A DNA stretch of 64,000 nt from Gallionellaceae bacterium (GTDB taxonomy: Bacteria > Pseudomonadota > Gammaproteobacteria > Burkholderiales > Thiobacillaceae): NCBI GenBank assembly GCA_028714875.1, contig JAQTLN010000015.1:25020-89019 (forward strand). The letters are read 5' to 3'. This document shows, in pieces, positions 22,454-32,076 of the stretch. The position numbers and the translations under genes were made by a program. A model generated the notes under the pieces. The model was given only the letters and a program-made list of their open reading frames with translations, was not told where the DNA came from and ran no database searches. Numbering within the stretch: the first letter of the stretch is position 1; each line of letters opens with the position of its first letter.

Positions 22454-24741
22454 TGTTGGTCCTTGGGATGGGTCTGGCGTGGGTCGATTTCGCTGAGATT
22501 GAAGCGCTGGTAGATCAGCAACAGGGGCTTCGGCGCCCACCAGTTGAGGCGTCCGAGCAGGCGCAGCGAGGCGGGCACCAGCAGCATGCGCACCAGGGTG
22601 GCGTCGACGATGACCGAGAGCAGCAGCCCCAGGCCCATCGCCTTCATGAACACCACCTCGCCCATCGCGAAAGTGCCGAGCACGATGCCGATGAGGAGGG
22701 CGGCGCTGGTGATGATGGGGCCACTTTTCTGGATACCGGAGGCCACCGCGCCTATGGTGTCGCCGGTGGCCACGCATATTTCCTTGACCCGCGAGAGCAG
22801 GAATACCTCGTAGTCGATGGAGAGGCCGAAGGCGCTGGCGAAGATCAGTACCAGAATGGTGCCGTCCATGCTGCCCTGTGGGGTGAAATTGAGCAGTCCG
22901 GACAGGTGTCCATCCTGGAAGATCCACACCAGGATGCCGAAAGTGGCGGAGAGCGAGAACAAGTTGGTGAGCACGGCCTTCAACGGCACCAGCACGCTGC
23001 CCAGCATCAGGAACAGCAGCACGAAAATCACGCAGACGATGGCGAGGATGACCCAGGGCACCCAGTCGCGCAGGGATTGCACATAGTCCAGGTGGAAGGC
23101 CGGGAAGCCACCCACCTGGACTTCTTGTAACCCCGGCGGCAAGGGGATGGCGCGAACCTGGCGCACCAGGGCGCGCGCTTCCGGCGAGGTCGGGGCCGGC
23201 CGGTAATAGACGAAGATCAGGCTGTCCGGCCCTTTCGCGTACTCCCGCAGACCCAGTTCGGCGATGGGGAACTGGTCCGGATACTCGTACATGAGCTGAT
23301 AGTCGGCCAGTGTGAGGGCGCCGGCCTGGTTATTCGGTTCGGTCAGGCTGGCCAGTCCGGCCACGCGGGAAACGCCGGGTAGCGCCTGGATGCGCTGGGT
23401 CAGTTCATGCAGGCCGGCCAGGCTGGCGGCGGTGTGCGCCGGACCGGTGGCACGCACGGTGAGCACCAGAGGGCTCAGTTCGGCATGGCGGAAGTCGCTA
23501 TCCAGCGCCTCCTGCACCCGACGGCTCTCGGCGCTGATCGGCAATGACTTGCTGTCGGAAGGGCCGACCTGAAGGTGCAGCACCGGAAGCCCCATCGCCC
23601 CCAGCAACAGGAAGGCGCTGATCAGCACCGGCACGGCATGGCGCATCACGAACTGGCTGAAGCGATACCAGCCCCCGCTGCCCTCCTCGCGCGCGCTCCG
23701 TTTGGCCAACACCGGCAGGGCGAGGCGGTTGACGCGCGGCCCCAGCAGCGCGAGCAGCGCGGGCAGCACTACCACCGAGGTGATCATCGCCGATCCCACG
23801 GAGATGCCGCCGGCCAGGCCCATGTTCTGGAAGAATCGCTGCGGCATCAGCAGCAGGCAGAACAGGCTGGATGCCACCGTGAGGCCGCTGTAGGCGACGG
23901 TGCGACCGGCGGTGGAAAGGGTGGCGAACAGGATGAGTTCCGGACTGCCGCCGCGCGCCAGTTCCTCGCGGTAGCGCGAGACGATGAACAGGCCGTAGTC
24001 GATGGCCAGCCCGAGGCCCAGCATGGACACCACGTTGGCGGCATAGACGCTGATATCGGTGAACAGGGTGAAGAATTTGAGCAGGGCGGCCGAGAGCACG
24101 ATGGTGACACCGCCGATGACCAGCGGCAGCGCCGCCGCCACCACCGAGCCGAACACCCAGACCAGGAGGATGGCCAGCAGGGCAAAGCTGACGATCTCGG
24201 CATTCCAGATGTCCTTCGCCAGTTGTTCGCGCACATCGACATAGGTGGCCAGTTCGCCGCCCAGCTCGACTTCCACGCGCTCGCTATGCAACTCCCCGCG
24301 TAGTCGCTGGTAGGCGCCCATGCCTTCGTCGGCGGCGAGTTTCAGTTTGACCAGCGCATAGGTCATGTCGCCCTTGGCGGAGCGCAAACGGGTATCGGCG
24401 TTGCCGTAGTAGCTCTGCACGCCGGACACGTCGGGGTTCTGGCTGATGCGGGCCAGCGCCGCTTCCACCGCGTCGCGGAAGGCCGGATCGTCGACATTCG
24501 CCGTCAGGCCCGGCTTGGCGCGAAACAGCACGATGACCGGTGTCTCATCCTTGCCGAGGCGGTCGCGCAGTTGCTTGAGGGCCAGTTCCGAGCCGCTATC
24601 GGGTACATCCCAGCCTGGCGCCAGGGTCAAATGCCGTACAACATCCGCGCCAAAACCCGCCGCCATGCCCACCACCACTGTGGCGACCGCGACGAACAAC
24701 CAGGGGAAACGGCAAAGCAGGCGACCAAGATGCGCGAACAT
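22450..24741 (-). CDS. MMPL-family RND-type membrane transporter
   Basis: 763 aa. Two 6-TM bundles, each preceded by a large soluble loop. The sequence looks typical of the MMPL / putative-exporter family. Confidence 0.8.
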   Translation of the reverse strand: MFAHLGRLLCRFPWLFVAVATVVVGMAAGFGADVVRHLTLAPGWDVPDSGSELALKQLRDRLGKDETPVIVLFRAKPGLTANVDDPAFRDAVEAALARISQNPDVSGVQSYYGNADTRLRSAKGDMTYALVKLKLAADEGMGAYQRLRGELHSERVEVELGGELATYVDVREQLAKDIWNAEIVSFALLAILLVWVFGSVVAAALPLVIGGVTIVLSAALLKFFTLFTDISVYAANVVSMLGLGLAIDYGLFIVSRYREELARGGSPELILFATLSTAGRTVAYSGLTVASSLFCLLLMPQRFFQNMGLAGGISVGSAMITSVVVLPALLALLGPRVNRLALPVLAKRSAREEGSGGWYRFSQFVMRHAVPVLISAFLLLGAMGLPVLHLQVGPSDSKSLPISAESRRVQEALDSDFRHAELSPLVLTVRATGPAHTAASLAGLHELTQRIQALPGVSRVAGLASLTEPNNQAGALTLADYQLMYEYPDQFPIAELGLREYAKGPDSLIFVYYRPAPTSPEARALVRQVRAIPLPPGLQEVQVGGFPAFHLDYVQSLRDWVPWVILAIVCVIFVLLFLMLGSVLVPLKAVLTNLFSLSATFGILVWIFQDGHLSGLLNFTPQGSMDGTILVLIFASAFGLSIDYEVFLLSRVKEICVATGDTIGAVASGIQKSGPIITSAALLIGIVLGTFAMGEVVFMKAMGLGLLLSVIVDATLVRMLLVPASLRLLGRLNWWAPKPLLLIYQRFNLSEIDPRQTHPKDQQ

Positions 24742-24815
24742 GAACCCGTTTTATTAAAAATGAGCGTCGCAGGATAACACCCGCAAGCCCGCGCCGGGAC
24801 ACGCGGGACGCGGGA

Positions 24816-25793
24816 CTAGCGATTCACGTCAACGATAAAACGCCCCACCACTTGCCCCGCGAGCATGGACGCGGCGGCGGATATGGTTTCCTCCAGGGAA
24901 ATCTCTCGAACGATGCCACCTAGCAGGGTGCTGTCGAGGCTGCTGGCGAGCCGATTCCAGGCCGCCTGGCGGCGCGTCTGGCTGGCATAGACCGAGTCGA
25001 TGCCATAGAGCGTGACACCACGCAGGATGAAGGGCGCCACGCTGGTCGGGAAATCCATACCCATCGCCAGGCCGCAGGCGGCCACCGCGCCATTGCGTTT
25101 AACTTGCGCGCAGGCATTGGCCAGTGCCTGGCTGCCCAGCACGTCCACCACCCCGGCATAGCGTTCCTTTTGCAGCGGCTTGCCGGGCGCGCCGAGTTCG
25201 TTGCGGTCCAGCACACTACTCGCGCCCAGTCGTTCGAGATAAGTGTGATCCGCCGCTTTCCCGGTGGCGGCCACCACGTCAAAGCCGGCGCGCGCCAGCA
25301 AGGCCACGGCGATGGAGCCGACGCCACCGGTGGCGCCGGTCACCAGGATCGGCCCGTCGCCCGGAGTGATGCCATGCCGTTCCAGCGCCTGCACGCACAT
25401 CGCCGCCGTATAACCGGCGGTTCCGATGGCGGCGGCATCATGTGGGGTGAGCGGTGCGGGCAGTTTCACCAGCCAGTCGCCCGGCGCCCGCGTCTTCCGC
25501 GCCAGCCCGCCCCAACGGGTCTCCCCCAGCCCCCAGCCGTTCAACACCACCGCATCGCCGGGCTGAAAGCCGGGATGCGTCGAGTGCTCCACCACCCCAG
25601 CCGCGTCGATGCCGGCGACCATCGGCCAGGCGCGCACGATGGGGCTCTTGTTGGCGATGGCCAGGGCATCCTTGTAATTGAGCGTGGAGTAGTCGACGCG
25701 CAGCTCGACGTCACCTTCCGGCAACTCATTCAGCTCCGCCACGCGGACGGAAAACTCGGGGGTGTTGCTGAGTAGCAGTGCCTGGTAGCTCAT
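24816..25793 (-). CDS. YhdH/AcuI-type NADPH-dependent oxidoreductase (MDR superfamily)
   Basis: 325 aa. The N-terminus ...VDYSTLNYKDALAI... and the cofactor motif GATGGVGS are typical of the YhdH/acryloyl-CoA reductase subfamily. Confidence 0.8.
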   Translation of the reverse strand: MSYQALLLSNTPEFSVRVAELNELPEGDVELRVDYSTLNYKDALAIANKSPIVRAWPMVAGIDAAGVVEHSTHPGFQPGDAVVLNGWGLGETRWGGLARKTRAPGDWLVKLPAPLTPHDAAAIGTAGYTAAMCVQALERHGITPGDGPILVTGATGGVGSIAVALLARAGFDVVAATGKAADHTYLERLGASSVLDRNELGAPGKPLQKERYAGVVDVLGSQALANACAQVKRNGAVAACGLAMGMDFPTSVAPFILRGVTLYGIDSVYASQTRRQAAWNRLASSLDSTLLGGIVREISLEETISAAASMLAGQVVGRFIVDVNR

Positions 25794-28700
25794 GAGCGAT
25801 CCTCGTTGTAGCCACCTTTGTGCAGCAAGGGTTCGATCTCGCTCGGCGGCAGGGGGGGGCTGAAATAGTTGCCCTGCGCTTCTTCGCAGCCGAGATGACG
25901 CAGGAACTCCAGTTGTTCCCGAGTTTCCACGCCTTCCGCGATCACGCCCAGCCCCAGGCTGTGCGCCAAGCCAACGATGCCGCGAACGATGGCTGCGTCG
26001 TTGGCGTCATGCGCCACGTCACGGATGAAGGACTGATCCACCTTGAGTTTCTCGATGGGGAAACGCTTGAGATAGGCGAAGCTGGAATAGCCGGTGCCGA
26101 AGTCGTCGATGGATAGGCGCACGCCCAGGTCGCGCAGGCGGGTGAGGATGGCCACGGTTGCGTCGGCCTGATTCATGACGACGCTTTCGGTCAGTTCCAG
26201 TTCCAGCAGGCGCGGCGGCAGGCCGGTGGCGGACAGGATGTCGCGCAGGGTGTCTTCAAGGCCGGCGCGGCGGAATTGCGCGGCGGACAAGTTGACCGCG
26301 ATCGTGATGGCGGGCAACCCGGCCGCCTGCCAGGCCAGGCTTTGCCGGCACGCCTCGTGCAGCATGCCCTCGCCGATCGGCACGATCAGGCCGCTGTCCT
26401 CGGCGATGGCGATGAAGCGTTCGGGCGGCAACAGGCCCAAGCGCGGATGCCGCCAGCGCAGCAAGGCTTCGAGGCCGACGATGCGCCCGCTCGCCAGTTC
26501 GATCTGTGGCTGGTAGTGAAGCAGCATCTCGCCGCGCTCCAGGGCGCGGCGCAAGTCGTGCTCCAGGGTCAGGCGCTCCGAGGCGCGTTCATTCATGTCG
26601 CCGGTGTAGAACTGATAGGCGTTGCGGCCGCCCTCTTTGGCCTGGTACATGGCGATGTCGGCGCTTTTGATGAGCGTGATCATGTCCGTGCTGTCGTCGG
26701 GATACAGGCTGATGCCGATCGATGGCGTGATATTCAACTCATGGCCGGCCACCCAGCAGGGCTGTGCCAGCAGATCGAGCATCTTCCGCGCGACCCGCGC
26801 CGCGTCGTCCGCGCTATCGATCTCGTCCAGCAGTACCAGAAACTCGTCGCCACCCTGGCGGCTCACCGTATCCGAGACCCGCACCGTGGCTTGCAGGCGG
26901 TGCGCCACTTCCTGCAACAAGGCATCGCCGACCGGGTGGCCGAGGGTATCGTTGATCAACTTGAAGCGATCCAGATCGATATAGATCAGGGCGAGTCGGC
27001 TACCCGCGCGTTCGGCACGCGCCATCGCCTGGACCAGGCGATCCTGCAGCAGGGCGCGGTTGGGCAGGCCGGTCAGGCTGTCGTGCTCGGCCAGATGGCG
27101 AATGTATTCCTCGTTGCGTTTGCGCTCGCTGATGTCGGTGAACAAGGCGACGTAATGGCGCAGTTCGCCTTGGTTGTCGCGAATCGCGCTGATGGTGAGC
27201 CACTTGGGATAAATCACGCCGTCCCGGCGCCGGTCCCAGATTTCACCTTCCCATGCATCGGTTTCACTCAGGCCGCGCCACATGGCCTGGTAGAACGCGG
27301 CGTCGTGGCGCCCCGATTTGAATTTCCCCGGGGTCTGGCCCAGCACCTCGGCGGCCGCAAAGCCGGTGATGGCGCTGAAGGCCGGGTTGACCTTGACGAT
27401 GCGGTTGTCGGCGTCGGTGACCATGATCGCCTCGCCGGCGTGTTCGAACACCCGCGCCGCCAGGCGCAGTTCCGCCTCCGCCGCGCGTGCCTCGGTGATG
27501 TCGATGCCGGTGGCGATGACGTGCTGCACCTGCCCACCCGCGTCGACGATGCAGGTGTTGGACCAGGCGATCAGGCGGCGCGCGTCGTCGCGGGTACGCC
27601 AGTGATTCTCGTGGCGATTGGGAAAGTGGCCGGCGGTAAGCGTCTGGAACACCTGGCTGACCCGCTCGACGGCTTCGCCCGGGATCAGCTTTTCCCAGAA
27701 GAAGGTGCCGACCACTTCCTCGGCGCGGTAGCCGCTCACCTGCTCGCAGGCCCGGTTGAAGCGCACCACGCGGCCGTCGCTATCCATCACCAGGACGATG
27801 GCGCCCACGGTATCCAGCACTGCGTCGATGAAGTCGTGTTCCTCGCGCAAGGCGCGCTGCATGGTGATGAGTTCAGTGATGTCCTCGTTGACCACCAGGC
27901 CGCCGCTCAGGGCACCGTGCTCGTCATGGGTGGGCACCGCCGAGAACAGCACGTTCTTGCGGCTGCCGTCGAAGCTTTCGATGTCGAGAATCTGGTTGAG
28001 CACCGCTTCACCGCGTGCGAGCGCCCGCGCCAGCGGCCATTCGTCGTTGGCGACCCGCTTTCCGGTCTCCGGCCACCATGCCTTGTATTCGTGGTAACGC
28101 TCCTGGCCGACCAGCCGAACCTCACCCCAGATGCGTTGGCCCGCAAGGTTGATCGACACGATCTGCCCCTTTGCATCGGTGATGCCCACGCCAACCGGCA
28201 AGTTGTCGAGCACGTTCTTGAACAGCGCCTCGCGTTGCGCCAGTTCATCCGTCACCCGACGCGAGGCGCGCACGCTCACCACCACGCCGACGAACAGGTA
28301 AATGATGGCCAGGGCCAGGGCCAGCATGCCGGCGATGTCCCAGCCGAGCTGATGTTTCAGTTGTTCCTGACGGGCGCGCAGGGATTGTTCAGTCAGAACC
28401 AGGGTGCGGTCGAACAGGGCATAGCTGCTGCCGATCACCGTGCTGGCCCGCGTGAAAAATGTCTCGGTTGCCAGTTCCGAACCGGGCGCGACCACATAAT
28501 CACGCACCAACTGGTGCAGGGCGCGGGTCGATTGTTCGAGTTGCGCCGGCAGTTCACCGAGCTCGCTTGCCAGATCGGGGCGGTAACGCAGGATGGCCGC
28601 GATATGGTGGCTGACCAGTTTGCGCTCATCGTCCAGCACGCTCGCGCACATCACCAGTTCGCCTTGTAAGCGTTGGGCCGTGCCGTTGCTGGCGAGCCGG

Positions 28701-29290
28701 GCGGCATAAAGTCCGCGCAACTGGGCCGCGCGTTCCAGGGTGACGCCCAACATGACGTCGAGGACGCCGACCAGATGATAGGTGCCTGCATCGGCATCGA
28801 GGGTCAGGCCGCTGTCGTCGATGATTCGGCGTGAGAGTTCCAGGAGACGGTCGATCAGCGCGCTGTGTTGTTTGAAACTATCCGCATCGTTGACCGCCCC
28901 CCTGAGCTTGCGCCAGTCGCTTTGTACCTGCGTGGTCTTGGCCGCGAATTCAGGCGACAGGGCCGGCCACGCCAGGAGATTGCTGAAGGCGGCGTCCACC
29001 CGCGCCATGCTGGCCACGCGCCGCGTCTCCAGTGTCGAGTCGCCATGGAGGATCGCATGGTCGAGTCCGCGATGTGCCTGCAAGGGTTCCAGCACCACGC
29101 GTATCCGCGCCACGCTGGCAAGGCCGGCAATTTCCCGCTCATTGGCTTTCATCTGGCCGAGGATGCCGCCGAAAATATCCCGCGCCAGGCCCGCCAGCAA
29201 CCCCGCGATCAGTAGTCCGCACACGGCCACCACCCAGGGGCGGTGAAACCGGGACAAGAGCAGGCGAACGGGGTGGAACAAAGGCTGCAC
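25790..29290 (-). CDS. membrane sensor with a periplasmic helical domain, 3 PAS domains, GGDEF and EAL (c-di-GMP turnover)
   Basis: 1166 aa. TM, a roughly 300-aa periplasmic domain, TM, PAS repeats, RQGGDEF, EALLRW...DDFGTGYSS. The periplasmic part has LQAHRG and LERAAQLRG motifs that resemble NIT/PilJ-type sensors. Confidence 0.88.
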   Translation of the reverse strand: MQPLFHPVRLLLSRFHRPWVVAVCGLLIAGLLAGLARDIFGGILGQMKANEREIAGLASVARIRVVLEPLQAHRGLDHAILHGDSTLETRRVASMARVDAAFSNLLAWPALSPEFAAKTTQVQSDWRKLRGAVNDADSFKQHSALIDRLLELSRRIIDDSGLTLDADAGTYHLVGVLDVMLGVTLERAAQLRGLYAARLASNGTAQRLQGELVMCASVLDDERKLVSHHIAAILRYRPDLASELGELPAQLEQSTRALHQLVRDYVVAPGSELATETFFTRASTVIGSSYALFDRTLVLTEQSLRARQEQLKHQLGWDIAGMLALALAIIYLFVGVVVSVRASRRVTDELAQREALFKNVLDNLPVGVGITDAKGQIVSINLAGQRIWGEVRLVGQERYHEYKAWWPETGKRVANDEWPLARALARGEAVLNQILDIESFDGSRKNVLFSAVPTHDEHGALSGGLVVNEDITELITMQRALREEHDFIDAVLDTVGAIVLVMDSDGRVVRFNRACEQVSGYRAEEVVGTFFWEKLIPGEAVERVSQVFQTLTAGHFPNRHENHWRTRDDARRLIAWSNTCIVDAGGQVQHVIATGIDITEARAAEAELRLAARVFEHAGEAIMVTDADNRIVKVNPAFSAITGFAAAEVLGQTPGKFKSGRHDAAFYQAMWRGLSETDAWEGEIWDRRRDGVIYPKWLTISAIRDNQGELRHYVALFTDISERKRNEEYIRHLAEHDSLTGLPNRALLQDRLVQAMARAERAGSRLALIYIDLDRFKLINDTLGHPVGDALLQEVAHRLQATVRVSDTVSRQGGDEFLVLLDEIDSADDAARVARKMLDLLAQPCWVAGHELNITPSIGISLYPDDSTDMITLIKSADIAMYQAKEGGRNAYQFYTGDMNERASERLTLEHDLRRALERGEMLLHYQPQIELASGRIVGLEALLRWRHPRLGLLPPERFIAIAEDSGLIVPIGEGMLHEACRQSLAWQAAGLPAITIAVNLSAAQFRRAGLEDTLRDILSATGLPPRLLELELTESVVMNQADATVAILTRLRDLGVRLSIDDFGTGYSSFAYLKRFPIEKLKVDQSFIRDVAHDANDAAIVRGIVGLAHSLGLGVIAEGVETREQLEFLRHLGCEEAQGNYFSPPLPPSEIEPLLHKGGYNEDRS

Positions 29291-29410
29291 CAGAGACTCC
29301 GGGCGGCGAGGGAGAGGCCATTATCCAGAAAACCGGGTTTATGCGCGCCGCCACATTTCTAGTGGCCGGTCACCATGAATCGAATGGAAGGTTCGAAAGG
29401 TGTGTAGTTC

Positions 29411-29491
29411 GTAGGATGTGGTGAGCGCAGCGAACCGCATCAAGTACGGTCGAATTGCATGGTGCGGTTCGCTGCGCTCACCACACCCTAC
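29411..29491. repeat. REP-like hairpin (type D), 23-bp perfect arms TGTGGTGAGCGCAGCGAACCGCA / TGCGGTTCGCTGCGCTCACCACA
   Basis: Arms at 29417..29439 and 29463..29485. It sits at the 3' end of ampG and probably serves as a terminator or stabiliser. Confidence 0.8.
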
Positions 29492-31110
29492 GGCCTGCTC
29501 TGTTCGGTCAGGCCGGCAATGGCGCCACGCATGTACCAGACCATATAGATCCCCGGCACGGCGGCGACGGCGGAGAAGAGGAAGAAGGCCGGCCAGCCGA
29601 CCGATTCCGACAAGACGCCGGACACCGGGCTGACGTAGATGCGCCCCACCGCCGCCAGCGCCGACAGCAATGCATAGTGGGTGGCGGTGTATTGGCGGTT
29701 GCACAGGCTCATCAGCAGGGCGACAAAGGCGGCCGTGCCCATGCCGCTGGTGACGTTCTCGGCGGCGATGGCCGCCATCAGCAGGCCATCGATATCGGAG
29801 GGGGTGGCCAGCGCCACGAAACCCAGGTCGAACGGCGGCAGGGTGAAGCTGCCCCAGGCGCCACGGCCGAGCACCGCCAGGGCGTAGAAACCGAAATTGG
29901 ACGCCAGTTGCAACACGCCGAAACCGAGCAGCGCCTGAAACAGCGACAGCCGCAGCATCAACGCCCCGGCCAGCAGGGCGCCAAAGATGGTCAGCCAGAT
30001 GCCGATGATCTTGTTGACGATGCCCACTTCCGCCTGGCTGAACGCCATGCCCTTGATTAAAAAGGCGGTGGACAGGCTGCCGGCGAAAGCGTCGCCCAGT
30101 TTGTAGAGCACGATCAAGGCGAGAAAGGCCCAGGCGCCGGGCATGCTGAAAAAGCTGGCGAGCGACTGGTTGAGGGTGGCGAAACCCACTTTTCGCGCCG
30201 CCCAGGCGCCCAGCGGCAGCGCCCCGGCGATGCCAGCCAGCACGAACAGGAGCTGTATCCACTTATTGGCGTCATTGGGGTCCAGCCCCAGGCCGATCAA
30301 GACCCAGTGCGACGCGAACGCACCCACCAGCACCCCGGCGAGCATGGCGAGAAAACCCAGCACCTCGCGCCCGGCATCGCTGGCCAGCGGCTTCGAGGCG
30401 CTATTCACGCGCGGCAGGGTGAGCAGCGAGACCCCCGCCGCCGCCACCATGATGCCCGCCATCACCCGGTAGACCTGGCCCCAACTGCCCCACTGTTCCG
30501 CCCAGATCAGGGCGATGCCGCCGGAGAGAATCATCGCGATGCGATAGCCGAATACCGACATCGACGAGCCCAGGCCGCGTTCGCGCGGCTCCAGCACATC
30601 GGTGCGGTAAGCGTCGATCACCACATCCTGCGAGGCGGAGAAGAACGCCAGCGATACGGCGGCGGCGGCGAACAGCAACGGCGTTTGCGCGGGCGAAATC
30701 GAGGCCATCCACCACAACACCGCCGCCAGCCCCAGTTGCGTCAACACCAACCAGCCCCGGCGCCGCCCCAGGAACGGCGGCTCGAAGCGATCCATCAGCG
30801 GCGCCCAGAGGAACTTGAAGGTATAGGGCACGCCCACCAGGCCGAGAAAGCCGATGGTGGCGATGTCCACGCCATCGACACTCAACCAGGCCTGCATGGC
30901 CTGCCCGGTTAGCGCGAGCGGCAGGCCGGAGGCGAAACCGAGGAAAAGGACGGCGACGAGACGGTGAAAGGCGGCGGGAGAGTTCACGTTACGGCCACCA
31001 GACTGGAGTGGTTGTAGTGCTTGAATTGCCGGTCGGCGAAACGCGCGCGGGAAGACGGGGGGAAAACGCTCAGCGAGATCATGGCGGAACTCTAGAGATG
31101 TTTGCCGCAC
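29488..31110 (-). CDS. ampG: muropeptide permease AmpG (MFS)
   Basis: Conserved LFLGFASGLPLALTGQAMQAWLSVDGVDIATIGF...YTFKFLWAPLMDRF. The start is uncertain: either the track start at 31110 or an in-frame GTG at 30987. Confidence 0.85.
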   Translation of the reverse strand: MRQTSLEFRHDLAERFPPVFPRAFRRPAIQALQPLQSGGRNVNSPAAFHRLVAVLFLGFASGLPLALTGQAMQAWLSVDGVDIATIGFLGLVGVPYTFKFLWAPLMDRFEPPFLGRRRGWLVLTQLGLAAVLWWMASISPAQTPLLFAAAAVSLAFFSASQDVVIDAYRTDVLEPRERGLGSSMSVFGYRIAMILSGGIALIWAEQWGSWGQVYRVMAGIMVAAAGVSLLTLPRVNSASKPLASDAGREVLGFLAMLAGVLVGAFASHWVLIGLGLDPNDANKWIQLLFVLAGIAGALPLGAWAARKVGFATLNQSLASFFSMPGAWAFLALIVLYKLGDAFAGSLSTAFLIKGMAFSQAEVGIVNKIIGIWLTIFGALLAGALMLRLSLFQALLGFGVLQLASNFGFYALAVLGRGAWGSFTLPPFDLGFVALATPSDIDGLLMAAIAAENVTSGMGTAAFVALLMSLCNRQYTATHYALLSALAAVGRIYVSPVSGVLSESVGWPAFFLFSAVAAVPGIYMVWYMRGAIAGLTEQSRP

Positions 31111-31137
31111 ATTGCCATCCAGGCGGCTGCGGGTGCA

Positions 31138-31209
31138 TGTAGCGCCGGCGTCTCGCCGGCTTCGTGGGCCTGATCAGAAGGAGGAAGCCGGCGAGACGCC
31201 GGCGCTACA
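31138..31209. repeat. REP family A copy A1
   Basis: Perfect 26-bp arms TGTAGCGCCGGCGTCTCGCCGGCTTC / GAAGCCGGCGAGACGCCGGCGCTACA with a 20-nt loop. Confidence 0.9.
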
Positions 31210-31355
31210 GGGAAGCGTCTGTCGCGTCATTGATCGAGTCATGATCTACTCGATAGATCGATGTCATCATGACTACTCATTGGATAGATCAACTCCGTCT
31301 CCGTACCATGGGTTCCGTGTTCAACGCACGGCCTTCAACCCCCAGGAGAAACGAA

Positions 31356-31829
31356 ATGGAAAACGCCAAGTCACCTACCATCCAGAACCTCGAAGCCGCC
31401 TTTGCCGGTGAGTCGATGGCCCATATCAAATACCTGTGGTTCGCCAAACAGTGCCGCGCCGCCGGTGACGAAGCCAGCGCCCGCGTGTTCGAGGAAACCG
31501 CCGCGCAGGAAGTGCAACACGCCTTCGGCCATGCCGAACTGTTGTTCGCCAGTGAAAAAATGACCCCGGAGAAATGCCTCAAGTACGCCATCGAGGGTGA
31601 GACCTACGAATACACCGAGATGTATCCCAAGTTCCGCCACGAGGCGATGATCGAGGGCAACCACGCGGCGGTCGCCGAGATGGACGAACAGATCGCCGAA
31701 TCGAAGGAACATGCCGCCCAGTTCCAGGCCGTGCTAGCCAAGGCCGCCAAGCGCTTCGCCGCGCTGGCCCGTGTCGAGGAGAAGCACGCCCGGCACTACC
31801 AGGCACAGCTCGACCAGATCGCCGCCTGA
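31356..31829 (+). CDS. rubrerythrin-family diiron protein without a rubredoxin domain
   Basis: Start [26 protein letters not shown] at the ATG at 31356 (AGGAGA RBS). ExxH motifs EVQHA and SKEHA. The track ORF is 5'-extended. Confidence 0.82.
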   Translation: MENAKSPTIQNLEAAFAGESMAHIKYLWFAKQCRAAGDEASARVFEETAAQEVQHAFGHAELLFASEKMTPEKCLKYAIEGETYEYTEMYPKFRHEAMIEGNHAAVAEMDEQIAESKEHAAQFQAVLAKAAKRFAALARVEEKHARHYQAQLDQIAA

Positions 31830-31864
31830 ATCAGCAACCCATCAACCCATTGAAAGGAATGATC

Positions 31865-32029
31865 ATGAAAATCTACGAATGCATCGTGTGTGGTTTTATC
31901 TATGACGAAACGCAGGGCGACCCGGAACACGGCATCAAAGCCGGCACCCGCTGGGCCGACGTGCCGGAAGACTGGGCCTGCCCGGAATGTGGCGTCGCCA
32001 AGGCCGATTTCGAGATGCGCGAAATCTGA
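31865..32029 (+). CDS. rubredoxin (54 aa, absent from the ORF track)
   Basis: My translation: [54 protein letters not shown]. Two CxxCG knuckles and a conserved aromatic core. Confidence 0.92.
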   Translation: MKIYECIVCGFIYDETQGDPEHGIKAGTRWADVPEDWACPECGVAKADFEMREI

Positions 32030-32034
32030 CGCCC

Positions 32035-32054
32035 CCCTCCCCCGCGGGGGAGGG
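32035..32054. repeat. family C-like short palindrome CCCTCCCCCG/CGGGGGAGGG (C1)
   Basis: Perfect 20-bp palindrome between rubredoxin and its reductase. Confidence 0.6.
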
Positions 32055-32076
32055 AGCCAACCCACAGGAGCACACC

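Noticed and set aside
26276-28669. 797-aa plus-strand ORF opposite the PAS-GGDEF-EAL gene
   Set aside because: It is a shadow ORF. The minus strand carries the GGDEF and EAL signatures.
29339-30262. 307-aa minus-strand ORF in another frame of ampG, and plus-strand ORFs 29455..30060 and 30307..30912
   Set aside because: They are R/P/G/H-rich out-of-frame translations of the AmpG gene.
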